Source: an uncultured Erythrobacter sp.
GTDB lineage: Bacteria; Pseudomonadota; Alphaproteobacteria; Sphingomonadales; Sphingomonadaceae
NCBI GenBank assembly: GCA_947498065.1
Contig: CANMIS010000003.1
Span: 336,739 to 400,738, forward strand
DNA length: 64,000 nucleotides
Reading direction: 5' to 3'
Every line of letters starts with the position of its first letter. The first letter of the stretch is position 1. Positions 19,823 through 28,708 of the stretch are shown piece by piece. The notes beneath the pieces were generated by a model. That model made no database searches. It saw nothing but the letters and a program-made list of their open reading frames with translations, and was not told where the DNA came from. A program made the translations under genes and the position numbers.

Positions 19823-21706
19823 ATGCGACAAATGCCCCAAAATAAGCCCCGTATCCGTCGCCTTCCCAGCGATCTTGTTAACCGCATCGCCGCTGGTGAA
19901 GTGGTGGAACGGCCTGCGGCTGCGCTGAAAGAGCTGGTTGAGAACGCAATTGACGCCGGTTCGTCGCGAATCGCTATCAAGTTAACTGATGGCGGACTGA
20001 CCCGGTTCGAGGTCACCGATGATGGCTGCGGCATGGATCCAGAAGGCATGGAATTGGCGCTTGAACGCCATGCCACTTCTAAGCTGCCGGATGATGCGAT
20101 TGAACAGGTCGCAACACTTGGCTTTCGCGGAGAGGCGCTGCCATCGATCGCCAGTGTCGCAAAGCTGACTTTGGAAAGCCGCCCGCATGATGCGGATAGC
20201 GGCTGGCGGCGCGTGGTTGATCATGGCGAGCTGATCGAGGATGCGCCTGCCGCTTTGCCGCCGGGTACGCGGGTTCGCGTGGAGCAGCTGTTTGCGAAGG
20301 TTCCCGCGCGGCGCAAATTCCTGCGTACCGCGCGCAGCGAGTATATCGCCTGCCTTGATGTGGTGCGCCGCCTCGCCATGGCGCGGCCTGACATTGCCTT
20401 CACCCTAGAGCAAAGCGCCAATGGCAAAGATCGCCGCGTGCTGGCGACCCAGACAGATGAGCCGCTGGCTGACCGTGTCGCGCAGATTGTCGCGCGTGAG
20501 CTAAAGGACAATGCGGTTGCGATTGATCTCACGCGTGAGACGCCGGGCGGCACGATGCGCCTAACTGGGCTTGCGGGATTGCCGACTTACAACCGCGGTG
20601 TCGCTGATCACCAATATCTGTTTGTGAATGGCCGCCCGGTAAAGGACCGCCTGCTGGTTGGCGCAGTGCGGGGTGCCTATTCCGACATGCTGGCGCGGGA
20701 TCGCCACGCTGTGCTGGCGCTTTTCCTGGATCTGCCGCCAGAGGAAGTGGATGTGAACGTCCACCCGGCGAAGACCGAGGTACGCTTCCGCGATGCAGCA
20801 GCAGTGCGCGGCTTTATCGTCTCCGGCCTACGCCAGGCTCTGGCAACCGGCGACCGGCGCAGCGCGCAAGGGCCAGACCGCGCGGCGATGGAGCGCTGGC
20901 AAGCGGAACCGATGGCGCCAGAGCCGAAACCGGCGCTTCGATCAATTTTCGAAGGTCGCGATTGGACGCCCTCCAGCTCCGGGTCGCAGCACCGCGTTTC
21001 AGAGCCGCGGCTGCCGGATTGGCAGGCGCAGGTTTTGGAGGGCGGTGCAGAAGCGCTACCGACTGGACGCGCGCATGAGGCCGCTCCGATTGCCGAAGAA
21101 GAGCGCGAATATCCGCTCGGCATCGCGCGTGGGCAGGTCGCCAACACTTACATCGTGGCAGAAAGCAAGGATGGGCTGGTGCTGGTCGATCAACACGCTG
21201 CGCATGAGAGGCTGGTTCTCGAGCGGCTGAGGGCCGCCGGGGCAGGGGAGGCTACCGCCCGCGCGCAGGCTTTGCTGGTGCCAGATGTCGTCGAGCTCGA
21301 CGAGGTGGATTGCGATCGGTTGGAAGCCGCGGCGGAGGGCTTCGCGCGCTTCGGCCTAGCGATTGAGCGCTTTGGCCCGTCGGCCATGTTGGTTCGCTCA
21401 ATCCCGCATGCGCTGGGCGGGGCGAACTCAGACAAGCTGCTGCGCGATCTGGCCGATGATATTGCCAAGCATGGTGTCGACAAGGACGCGGGCGCGCTGC
21501 TGCTGTCCGAACGGCTCGAATATGTGCTGGCGACGATGGCCTGCCACGGATCGGTGCGGGCGGGCCGGGTGCTATCGGTGCCGGAAATGAATGCATTGCT
21601 GCGAGAGATGGAGGCCACCCCGCGCTCAGGCCAATGCAACCACGGCCGCCCGACTTGGGTGAAACTGGATATGGAAGACGTCGAAAAGCTGTTCGGACGG
21701 CACTAA
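19823..21706 (+). CDS. mutL: DNA mismatch repair protein MutL
   Basis: IRRLPSDLVNRIAAGEVVERPAAALKELVENAIDAG (GHKL ATPase motif I) and C-terminal CNHGRPT. The start is ambiguous among TTG 19802, ATG 19823 and ATG 19832. Confidence 0.95.
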   Translation: MRQMPQNKPRIRRLPSDLVNRIAAGEVVERPAAALKELVENAIDAGSSRIAIKLTDGGLTRFEVTDDGCGMDPEGMELALERHATSKLPDDAIEQVATLGFRGEALPSIASVAKLTLESRPHDADSGWRRVVDHGELIEDAPAALPPGTRVRVEQLFAKVPARRKFLRTARSEYIACLDVVRRLAMARPDIAFTLEQSANGKDRRVLATQTDEPLADRVAQIVARELKDNAVAIDLTRETPGGTMRLTGLAGLPTYNRGVADHQYLFVNGRPVKDRLLVGAVRGAYSDMLARDRHAVLALFLDLPPEEVDVNVHPAKTEVRFRDAAAVRGFIVSGLRQALATGDRRSAQGPDRAAMERWQAEPMAPEPKPALRSIFEGRDWTPSSSGSQHRVSEPRLPDWQAQVLEGGAEALPTGRAHEAAPIAEEEREYPLGIARGQVANTYIVAESKDGLVLVDQHAAHERLVLERLRAAGAGEATARAQALLVPDVVELDEVDCDRLEAAAEGFARFGLAIERFGPSAMLVRSIPHALGGANSDKLLRDLADDIAKHGVDKDAGALLLSERLEYVLATMACHGSVRAGRVLSVPEMNALLREMEATPRSGQCNHGRPTWVKLDMEDVEKLFGRH

Positions 21707-23646
21707 GCCGCAATTTGCTCCATGGCATCGCTGAGAACTCGGCGCTGCGTCGCTAAGTCGCACAAAGTGACACAGCCCTTTCCGCTTCGCTTTGCGCTGT
21801 AAAGCGCAGCGTCAGCGCGTTCGATCACCGCATTCAAATCTTCACTCGCGGTTTCTGGGACCGCAATGCCTACGCTTGCCCCCACATTTAAGGTCTGGTC
21901 GCGGAACATCACTGGCTCCGATATCTCAGAGATCAGCTGATTGGCCAAAGCCAGCGCGCTCTCTCCATCACTCACTTTTTGTAGCACTACAACGAACTCA
22001 TCGCCGCCGGTACGGAAAGCAATGCCTTTACCGCCAATGGTTTTCCCAATTCTCGCTGCGACGTTTTGCAGCACCGTGTCACCTGCGGCATGACCATATG
22101 TGTCATTGATCTGCTTGAAGCCGTCCAGGTCAACTTGCAGTACGCTTGTAATCGCGCTTCGGAATGTCACCGAGCGGTTTGATAGCACTTCCAATTTGAA
22201 GCGGTTTGGCAGACGAGTGAGTGCGTCGTGCATCGCCTTGTATTCCGCTTTGCGTGCCCGAGATGTGAGCGCCCAGCTGAATAGCAGCGCGGAGAAGGTG
22301 ACTGCGAGCGGGAGGGCGAAGTGATTGAATTCCGAATATGGGACCAGATCAAACGCGCGCAGGTAAATCCAAACTGATCCGGCTTGGGTCAATGTCCATC
22401 CGTAGAGCAAGGTTCGAGCTCCCTCCACTCCGCGCTTCGCGAGCAGAAGCGCCGCGCAGAAGAGCAGAGGCTGACCAAGCAGGAGACCAATGAAGATAGC
22501 GATCTGCGAGGGAAGCAGTGGCATTGCTACGCTGAAACAGCTTAGCACGCCCGCTGCAGCTACAAACATGATCAAACGGTGCAGGACAGGTGCGTTGGTG
22601 CGGGTTGCTAGATAGCTGGCAAGGAACATTGCGCTCGAGGTCACGCCAATTCCTTGGACAATGAAGATCAGGGAATTGGAATAGAATGCAATCTCTGGCC
22701 AAAGCATCGCTTTGCCGATCCCGGTGCCCGTAATGATGAACCCGGCGCCACTAAGCGCAAACAGCACAAACCAGCCGAATGCCCATTCGCGAGTTGCCGC
22801 AAATGTCAGTGCGGAATGGATCGCGATGGCCAGAATTATTCCGATCAGCAGCCCGTATATCAGATAGTCACGTGTCATCACTTGCGCGAAGTGATCTTGG
22901 CCGAACAACTGCAATGGAATGAGGACGGGGCCGGGCGATTCAAGCCTGATATACGCTTGCTTCGTTTGTCCAGGTGCGAGCTCTAGCGCAGCATTAGGGA
23001 AGCGGCCAAATTCAGAGCTATCAAGCGCGACAAAGCTGCCCAGCGTTGTCTGTTTGAATTTGCCGCTTTGCCCTTCGACGAAAAAATCGATGCGAGCGGG
23101 CTGCGGGTACTTCAGAACTAAACGCGTGCTTAGCGCTTCCGACGAGGTGTTCTTGACGCGAACCCTGACCCATATCGGGCCCTCACGGCCGTTAAGGTTT
23201 GGCACCGAGGCGTCAGTAAAGTGAAAACTCTCGTCATACTGGCCAGCAATGACGTCATCCGTTCGTGCATCTGGAGCGATTGCCTGACTCAGTTCCAGAG
23301 CGCCATCGAATGTCCAATGCTCAGAGTTCTCGTCTATGATGAGGTTGTTGGCGTTGGCGACAGCGGGCAACATAATGAGCGCGCACAACACCATCGCTAG
23401 TTTACGCACTAGCGATCTCGCCGAACCTCCGCTCAATATATCCAGTAACCCGTCGACCCTCATGGGGCTTTCCATAGGTCTTGGTTCTTTAAATCGTCTC
23501 AGCGCGGCGCCGAAATATTGGTGTGCATCGTCTTTGTTCTTGGAGCGGTAGACGTCGAGAAGCTGTTCGGTCGGCATTGAGCGCCCAGACAGCTCCCCAA
23601 AATCAGCACTGGGGCGTGCCAGCAACTCGCTCACACGCCCCAGCAT
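21703..23646 (-). CDS. Diguanylate cyclase with 7TMR-DISM extracellular and 7-TM sensor modules (GGDEF output)
   Basis: The signal/anchor VRKLAMVLCALIMLPAVANA is followed by a periplasmic beta-rich domain of about 170 aa, 7 hydrophobic helices and a GGDEF domain (RLPNR...DLDGFKQINDTYGHAAGD...AFRTGGDEFVVVL). No RxxD I-site 5 residues upstream of GGDEF. The start is uncertain (ATG 23646, 23475 or 23463). Confidence 0.85.
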   Translation of the reverse strand: MLGRVSELLARPSADFGELSGRSMPTEQLLDVYRSKNKDDAHQYFGAALRRFKEPRPMESPMRVDGLLDILSGGSARSLVRKLAMVLCALIMLPAVANANNLIIDENSEHWTFDGALELSQAIAPDARTDDVIAGQYDESFHFTDASVPNLNGREGPIWVRVRVKNTSSEALSTRLVLKYPQPARIDFFVEGQSGKFKQTTLGSFVALDSSEFGRFPNAALELAPGQTKQAYIRLESPGPVLIPLQLFGQDHFAQVMTRDYLIYGLLIGIILAIAIHSALTFAATREWAFGWFVLFALSGAGFIITGTGIGKAMLWPEIAFYSNSLIFIVQGIGVTSSAMFLASYLATRTNAPVLHRLIMFVAAAGVLSCFSVAMPLLPSQIAIFIGLLLGQPLLFCAALLLAKRGVEGARTLLYGWTLTQAGSVWIYLRAFDLVPYSEFNHFALPLAVTFSALLFSWALTSRARKAEYKAMHDALTRLPNRFKLEVLSNRSVTFRSAITSVLQVDLDGFKQINDTYGHAAGDTVLQNVAARIGKTIGGKGIAFRTGGDEFVVVLQKVSDGESALALANQLISEISEPVMFRDQTLNVGASVGIAVPETASEDLNAVIERADAALYSAKRSGKGCVTLCDLATQRRVLSDAMEQIAA

Positions 23647-23656
23647 TTATTGATGA

Positions 23657-25513
23657 TCAGCGTGCGCCAATCCGAACGACTTCGCCGTCGAATGTCGGCA
23701 CTGACATGACAAACGGATCGGTTGGATAGCAGAGGGCTTGCTCCTCTAGCATACCAATTGCGATCTTCTCGCCCATGCGGACGCTGTCGTAATAGTCGGA
23801 GAAGTAATGCACCCCGGCCATGTTTCGCCCGATCGAGATGTTGGCTGCAAGTTTGTTGAGCTCGCCTTCCAGCGTGAGCGGACAGCCATCATCGACGTCT
23901 TTTTCGCGCAGACGTGATCCATCTTCTGACACTTGGAATTGAACGAACTCGACCGGATCGTCGCCTTTCTTCGCATGCGCTCGCGATTCGCAAATCGCAT
24001 CCAACCCGAAGAAGCCGATGTTGTTGCGCCGCCCATCATTGGGATCGCGGACTTTCGCGAACACTGCTGAGGTGTCGAAGAAGGCCTTCAGGATGGTAAC
24101 GCAGGCGCCCGCAACCGTGGCGTGGCCCGCGCCATAAGCCGGGTGCATCGGTGAGCCTTCTGCAAACGCCATCGGCAGCAAGACTGTGTTGCCCGCACTG
24201 CCTGATACCAATGAGCGATTGTGCGCATTGATCGCGTCGGTCGTGTCTTTCAGGCGTTCCCTCATGTCGCTGAACGCGCCGCAGGTCGACGGGAATTGCT
24301 TGTCGATTTCCTTGGCGTATTCAAGCCGTCCGGCAAGCGCCTCTGGTCGGCCGCGAATGTGATTGTTGAACTTCTGAAAGCGCACCGCTTTGAGTGCCCG
24401 CGTGGCGACTTCGGTTACCAGCGTCAGAATGTGAGGTCCGCCATAGAGCGCAAAACCGCCTGCATTGGAGACCTTGCTGTCGCCAGTGGCTGCATTGGTC
24501 AGCACTTCAAAGCTGCCCGGGCCGGACAGATTGTCAAACGCAGGGTCGAACGGTGTGCCGTTGGATAGCAAGATCAGGCAAGCGTTAAGATAGGCCTGAT
24601 AGAGCGCATCGAAATGCACATAGGTCGCCAGATCACGCGGCGTCGCAATGAAGCGCCGATTGCGCTCAAAGTTCTGCGTCGGTGAAATTGCAAATCCTTG
24701 CTGGACGTCGAGCCAGTTTGAGCGCGTGACCATAAAGTCATCTCGCTTTTTTGCCTCGGGAACGCGCTGATCAATGGTCTGCGCGCCGTAGCTGATCATG
24801 CCGTCGGTTTCTGAATTGAGCCCTGTGCGATCATCGTTACCGATAATCAGGAATTGCGACAGATACGGTCCGACATCAGCGCCCGGCGCTGATCCGCGAA
24901 AAACGGTCTGCAAATCAAGCTGACCCGCGTTGTTGGTTTTGCGCGGACGCCCTTGGAAGCCATTGGCGGCAAAAGGCAATGCGTTAAGCCGGTCGATGGA
25001 ATCATTGACTGCGGCAGCGCCAGGCCCGCCATCAGCGTCGAAAGCGAAGAACGGCACATCGCGTAGCAGGGCGAGCTCGTAGACTTCCGCCATTTCGAAA
25101 TCGAGTTCCGCGCTGCCCAATTCTGGCGCAGGGGCCATTGTCACGGCTTGAGGGTCTGGCCCTTCAAGATCGAAGGCGATGCCTGCGGTCGGTGCTTCCC
25201 ACATCCGGCGCGGGCGGGGCTGCTTCTTGCCATGCACCGTGATGGTTTCACTCGGCACAGAAACGCGCGTGGTAAAAGGCTCAATCACGCCATTGTCTAT
25301 CGCTTGTCGGAAAGCCTCAAAGTGGCCCTTGTCTTTGATCAGGCCTGTATCAGGGCAATGATCAAGTCCCTTGGTGAAGCTCATCGCGTAGTTCGCGCCG
25401 GCCAATCTCTGCTCATCGCCATTGGCCAAATGTTCTGGGTGCGGACGGTTAAAGGCGGCGAGGGTCGCATCGTCTCTAACGCGCTTGGCTTCTAGTCGTC
25501 GGTCATTGTTCAT
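23657..25513 (-). CDS. Vanadium-dependent haloperoxidase-like protein (bromoperoxidase type; acid phosphatase/VHPO superfamily)
   Basis: Vanadate-site motifs are present in order: FQKFNNHIRGRPE (K...RP), PMHPAYGAGHATVAGACVTILKAFF (HPxYxxGHA) and IGRNMAGVHYFSDYYDSVRMGEKIAIGMLEEQ (GR...GVHxxxD). The internal ATG 25513 (MNNDRRLEAK...) is preferred to the track start 25651. Confidence 0.8.
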   Translation of the reverse strand: MNNDRRLEAKRVRDDATLAAFNRPHPEHLANGDEQRLAGANYAMSFTKGLDHCPDTGLIKDKGHFEAFRQAIDNGVIEPFTTRVSVPSETITVHGKKQPRPRRMWEAPTAGIAFDLEGPDPQAVTMAPAPELGSAELDFEMAEVYELALLRDVPFFAFDADGGPGAAAVNDSIDRLNALPFAANGFQGRPRKTNNAGQLDLQTVFRGSAPGADVGPYLSQFLIIGNDDRTGLNSETDGMISYGAQTIDQRVPEAKKRDDFMVTRSNWLDVQQGFAISPTQNFERNRRFIATPRDLATYVHFDALYQAYLNACLILLSNGTPFDPAFDNLSGPGSFEVLTNAATGDSKVSNAGGFALYGGPHILTLVTEVATRALKAVRFQKFNNHIRGRPEALAGRLEYAKEIDKQFPSTCGAFSDMRERLKDTTDAINAHNRSLVSGSAGNTVLLPMAFAEGSPMHPAYGAGHATVAGACVTILKAFFDTSAVFAKVRDPNDGRRNNIGFFGLDAICESRAHAKKGDDPVEFVQFQVSEDGSRLREKDVDDGCPLTLEGELNKLAANISIGRNMAGVHYFSDYYDSVRMGEKIAIGMLEEQALCYPTDPFVMSVPTFDGEVVRIGAR

Positions 25514-25794
25514 GGTCGCTGTCTTTCTTTGAAATGAGTTAGACGGGTGCGACCGTGTTTTTTTTGATCCTATAAGAGCGAAATTTCCCCAATGATTGTT
25601 GGAATGCGACAATTTTGATGTTTGAAACCAATTATAAAGGCGCGAACACACATCACCGCGACAATGATCGTGGCGATTAATTGTGTATTAGCCGCACCCA
25701 ATGGCGCAGTGATGCGCTCGCTCGGCTGTTTTGTTGGTTTGGTTGTAGCGCTTTTAGTTGGCTTAACTGCCAAAGCTAACTGCGCATTAGTGGA

Positions 25795-26895
25795 TCACAC
25801 GTTAAACTTAAACAGCATGATGTCGCCGTCCTGCACGTCGTAATCCTTGCCTTCTTGGCGCATTTTGCCTGCTTCTTTCGCGCCCGCTTCGCCGTTTAGG
25901 GCGATGTAGTCGTCGTAAGCGATGGTTTCCGCGCGGATGAAGCCCTTCTCAAAGTCCGTGTGGATCTCGCCCGCGGCTTGCGGGGCTTTTGCGCCCCATG
26001 GGAAGGTCCATGCGCGCGACTCTTTTGGCCCGGCGGTAAAGAAGGTTTGCAGGCCAAGCAGCGTGTAGCCAGCGCGGATCACGCGGGCGAGGCCGCTTTC
26101 TTCCAGGCCCAGTTCGGTCAGATATTCGCTGCGGTCTTCCATTGGCATGGCGACGAGTTCCGCCTCGATTGCGGCGGATACGACGACGGCTTGCGCGCCT
26201 TCAGCCTCGGCCTTGGCGAAAACAGCGGCGGACAGGTCGTTGCCGCTGGACGCTTCGTCTTCGGCGACATTGCAAACATACAGCACGGGCTTTGCAGTGA
26301 GCAATTGTGCTTGCTCAAACAGCGCCGCTTCCTCGTCATCCTTCGGTTCGGTGAGACGAGCGGGTTTGCCATCTTTCAGCAGGTCGAGCGCTTGGCCCAG
26401 AACGCTGGCGAGCGCCTTTGCATCCTTGTCACCGCTGGTCGCGCGGCGTTTTGCGTTCTCGACCCGCTTTTCCAGGCTCTCCAGGTCGGCCAGCATCAGC
26501 TCGGTCTCAACCACTTCGGCGTCCGCAATCGGGTCAACCTTGTTGGCGACATGCTGAATATCGTCGTCCTCAAAACAGCGCAGGACGTGCACAATCGCAT
26601 CAACCTCGCGAATGTTGCCGAGGAATTGGTTGCCCAATCCTTCGCCTTGGCTCGCACCCTTCACCAGGCCCGCAATGTCGACAAAGGCGAGCTGGGTCGG
26701 GATGACCTTGGCGCTCTTCGCAATGGCTGCGATCTTGTCCAAGCGATCGTCGGGCACAGCGACCTGGCCGACATTGGGCTCAATCGTGCAGAACGGATAG
26801 TTCGCCGCCTGCGCAGCCTGCGTCTCAGTAAGAGCGTTGAAGAGGGTCGACTTGCCGACATTCGGCAGGCCCACGATCCCGCATTGGAAGCCCAT
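25795..26895 (-). CDS. ychF: Ribosome-binding ATPase YchF (Obg-like)
   Basis: MGFQCGIVGLPNVGKSTLFNALT P-loop, DIAGLVKGAS, and a C-terminal TGS-like domain ending DVQDGDIMLFKFNV. Confidence 0.97.
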   Translation of the reverse strand: MGFQCGIVGLPNVGKSTLFNALTETQAAQAANYPFCTIEPNVGQVAVPDDRLDKIAAIAKSAKVIPTQLAFVDIAGLVKGASQGEGLGNQFLGNIREVDAIVHVLRCFEDDDIQHVANKVDPIADAEVVETELMLADLESLEKRVENAKRRATSGDKDAKALASVLGQALDLLKDGKPARLTEPKDDEEAALFEQAQLLTAKPVLYVCNVAEDEASSGNDLSAAVFAKAEAEGAQAVVVSAAIEAELVAMPMEDRSEYLTELGLEESGLARVIRAGYTLLGLQTFFTAGPKESRAWTFPWGAKAPQAAGEIHTDFEKGFIRAETIAYDDYIALNGEAGAKEAGKMRQEGKDYDVQDGDIMLFKFNV

Positions 26896-26975
26896 TGTAA
26901 TTCTCGCTTAGGTCAAGGAATTTGCGCCCCCTTAGCGGGCAGGCGCGTCTATTGCCAGCCCAGCGAACGCGGCGG

Positions 26976-27968
26976 TCAAACGTTGTGAACCGCCTTGATC
27001 CATGGGCCAAAGGGTGATGCGCCAAGCCAGCCGACCTGAACCTCTGCCGCGACATTGTTGATCGCGATTTGCGGCTTGGCACCTGGATGCACTTCTTTGC
27101 GTAACGGGCGGGTGCCAGCGGGCATAGCGATGATCTCTGCAATCGCGTTCGGTACGTCCATCGGGTCGGTTGTTCCGCCGCCAGTGCGCTTGCCCAGAGG
27201 CTCAATCAGCGCAGGATAGCCAGAAGTGTGCTTTTCATCGGCACGCTCAAGCAGAGCGGTGCTGTTCTTGTTGGAATTCGACCAGATCATCGTCGGATAG
27301 CCGCCCGGCTGAATGATGTTGACCTCAACACCGTGGGGAACGAGCTCATAGGCGAGCGCTTCGCTCATGGCTTCGAGTGCAAATTTGGTTGGCGAATATT
27401 GGCCGAAGCTAGGGGCGATGACGCGGCCGAGCTGAGACGTGATATTGACGATCAGGCCAGATTTCTTCGCGCGCATGGCGGGCAGGGCAGCGCGCGCCAT
27501 CCGGTGTGGGCCGAAGACATTGGTGTCGAAAATGACCTGGGTCGCTTCCATGTCCTGAATTTCGATTGGTCCGCCAAAAGACATCCCGGCATTGTTGACC
27601 AGCACGTCGAGCGAACCGCCCGCAATGCGCTCTGCTTCGGCGACGCCAGCTGTGACTTGAGCATCGTCCGTTACGTCGATTTCGATCACGTGTAAGTCGA
27701 GTTCTTCGGTCTTGGCCAGCTGGCTCAGTTCGTCCGCTTCAGTGCGAGGAAGGTTGCGCATGGTGGCGAACACTTTGGCGCCTTGGCGAGCAAAATCCTC
27801 AGCCATCAACCGGCCAAACCCGGTCGAGCAGCCCGTGATCAGAATGCTTTTGCCAGACATGTCGGGCTTTGCGGTGAGGGAGTCCTCTTGAGCGAGGCTG
27901 GCCGTGGCGGTGAGAACGGTGGTTGCGGCGGCGCCTGCTAGCAGCGAGCGGCGAGTAACTTGGGTCAT
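26976..27968 (-). CDS. SDR family oxidoreductase with twin-arginine signal peptide
   Basis: Tat-like MTQVTRRSLLAGAAATTVLTATASLAQ. Rossmann motif ILITGCSTGFGRLMA, NNAG, and catalytic YSPTK (YxxxK). Confidence 0.85.
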   Translation of the reverse strand: MTQVTRRSLLAGAAATTVLTATASLAQEDSLTAKPDMSGKSILITGCSTGFGRLMAEDFARQGAKVFATMRNLPRTEADELSQLAKTEELDLHVIEIDVTDDAQVTAGVAEAERIAGGSLDVLVNNAGMSFGGPIEIQDMEATQVIFDTNVFGPHRMARAALPAMRAKKSGLIVNITSQLGRVIAPSFGQYSPTKFALEAMSEALAYELVPHGVEVNIIQPGGYPTMIWSNSNKNSTALLERADEKHTSGYPALIEPLGKRTGGGTTDPMDVPNAIAEIIAMPAGTRPLRKEVHPGAKPQIAINNVAAEVQVGWLGASPFGPWIKAVHNV

Positions 27969-28057
27969 GATGTGGTCTCCAATTCATTGAACCAACGCAT
28001 GGGCGCGGCAGAGTTCCTGAGTGAATTTATCTGTTCGTTATAGAGGCGCGGCGAATT

Positions 28058-28708
28058 CTAGCCAGCAGCGGGTTCTTGGTCAGCCAATTCCGTGTCTTTT
28101 GGTTGCTCGAACAATTCCAGGCGGTGCATCTCTTTTTGCAAGAACCAGATGGCGTAGACGTCATAAAGGGCGTGACCAATCATCACGGCGAGCAGGCTGC
28201 CGCTCCAGATGTAGAACACGCCGAACAGCGCTCCAATCGCGAAAATGATGACCGCAATCAGCGGCTTTGCGAAATGGATAAGCGCGAAGATTAGGCTGGC
28301 GAAAATGACGGCGAGGGGCAGAGACACGTAATCGCCCATCAAGGTTTGCAAGCCGCCGCGAAACAGCGCTTCTTCACCCACGCCAGCGCAGATCGAAAAG
28401 AAGATGATCACGGGCATCGAAAGCCGCTTTTCGAGGAACGCGAAGTTCTTTGCCTGAAGCCGGGTGAGTTTCTCGGCAAGCTGCGGCAGGCCATGGAAGG
28501 TGGCCGCAGCCACGGCGATCATTGCGAGGCCCAAGCCAATTCCCAGCGCGATTTGCTTAAGATCGACAGTTACAAATCCGGCAAGAGGGCGATCAGAGAT
28601 CCACCACAGCAATACGCCCAAACCGACAAATAGCGTGGCTTGTGCCCCGAGAGATTTGCAAATGTCGGCAACCGACATCTTGCGCATCTCTTCGTAAGGG
28701 TTGCTCAT
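28058..28708 (-). CDS. CPBP (CAAX/Abi) family intramembrane glutamic endopeptidase
   Basis: Motif 1 GEEALFRGGLQ, motif 2 FALIHF, motif 3 IGHALYD. The start overlaps the pth stop (ATGA). Confidence 0.8.
   Translation of the reverse strand: MSNPYEEMRKMSVADICKSLGAQATLFVGLGVLLWWISDRPLAGFVTVDLKQIALGIGLGLAMIAVAAATFHGLPQLAEKLTRLQAKNFAFLEKRLSMPVIIFFSICAGVGEEALFRGGLQTLMGDYVSLPLAVIFASLIFALIHFAKPLIAVIIFAIGALFGVFYIWSGSLLAVMIGHALYDVYAIWFLQKEMHRLELFEQPKDTELADQEPAAG

Noticed and set aside
25570-25843. ORFs 25570-25773 (minus, 67 aa) and 25622-25843 (plus, 73 aa) in the VHPO upstream region.
   Set aside because: They have no RBS. The plus ORF overlaps the ychF 3' end. Composition follows the AT-rich spacer rather than showing coding periodicity. 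The region is treated as regulatory DNA.
25960-26988. Very long ORFs antisense to clear genes: 25960-26988 opposite ychF, 36186-37319 opposite ppdK, 9659-10756 opposite the methyltransferase, 34283-35287 opposite glyS, and 6818-7672 opposite the YeiH-family gene.
   Set aside because: Their translations are Arg/Ala/Gly/Pro-rich and low-complexity with no motifs. Each lies opposite a gene with strong family signatures. Long stop-free antisense frames are expected in GC-rich DNA with strong third-position bias.
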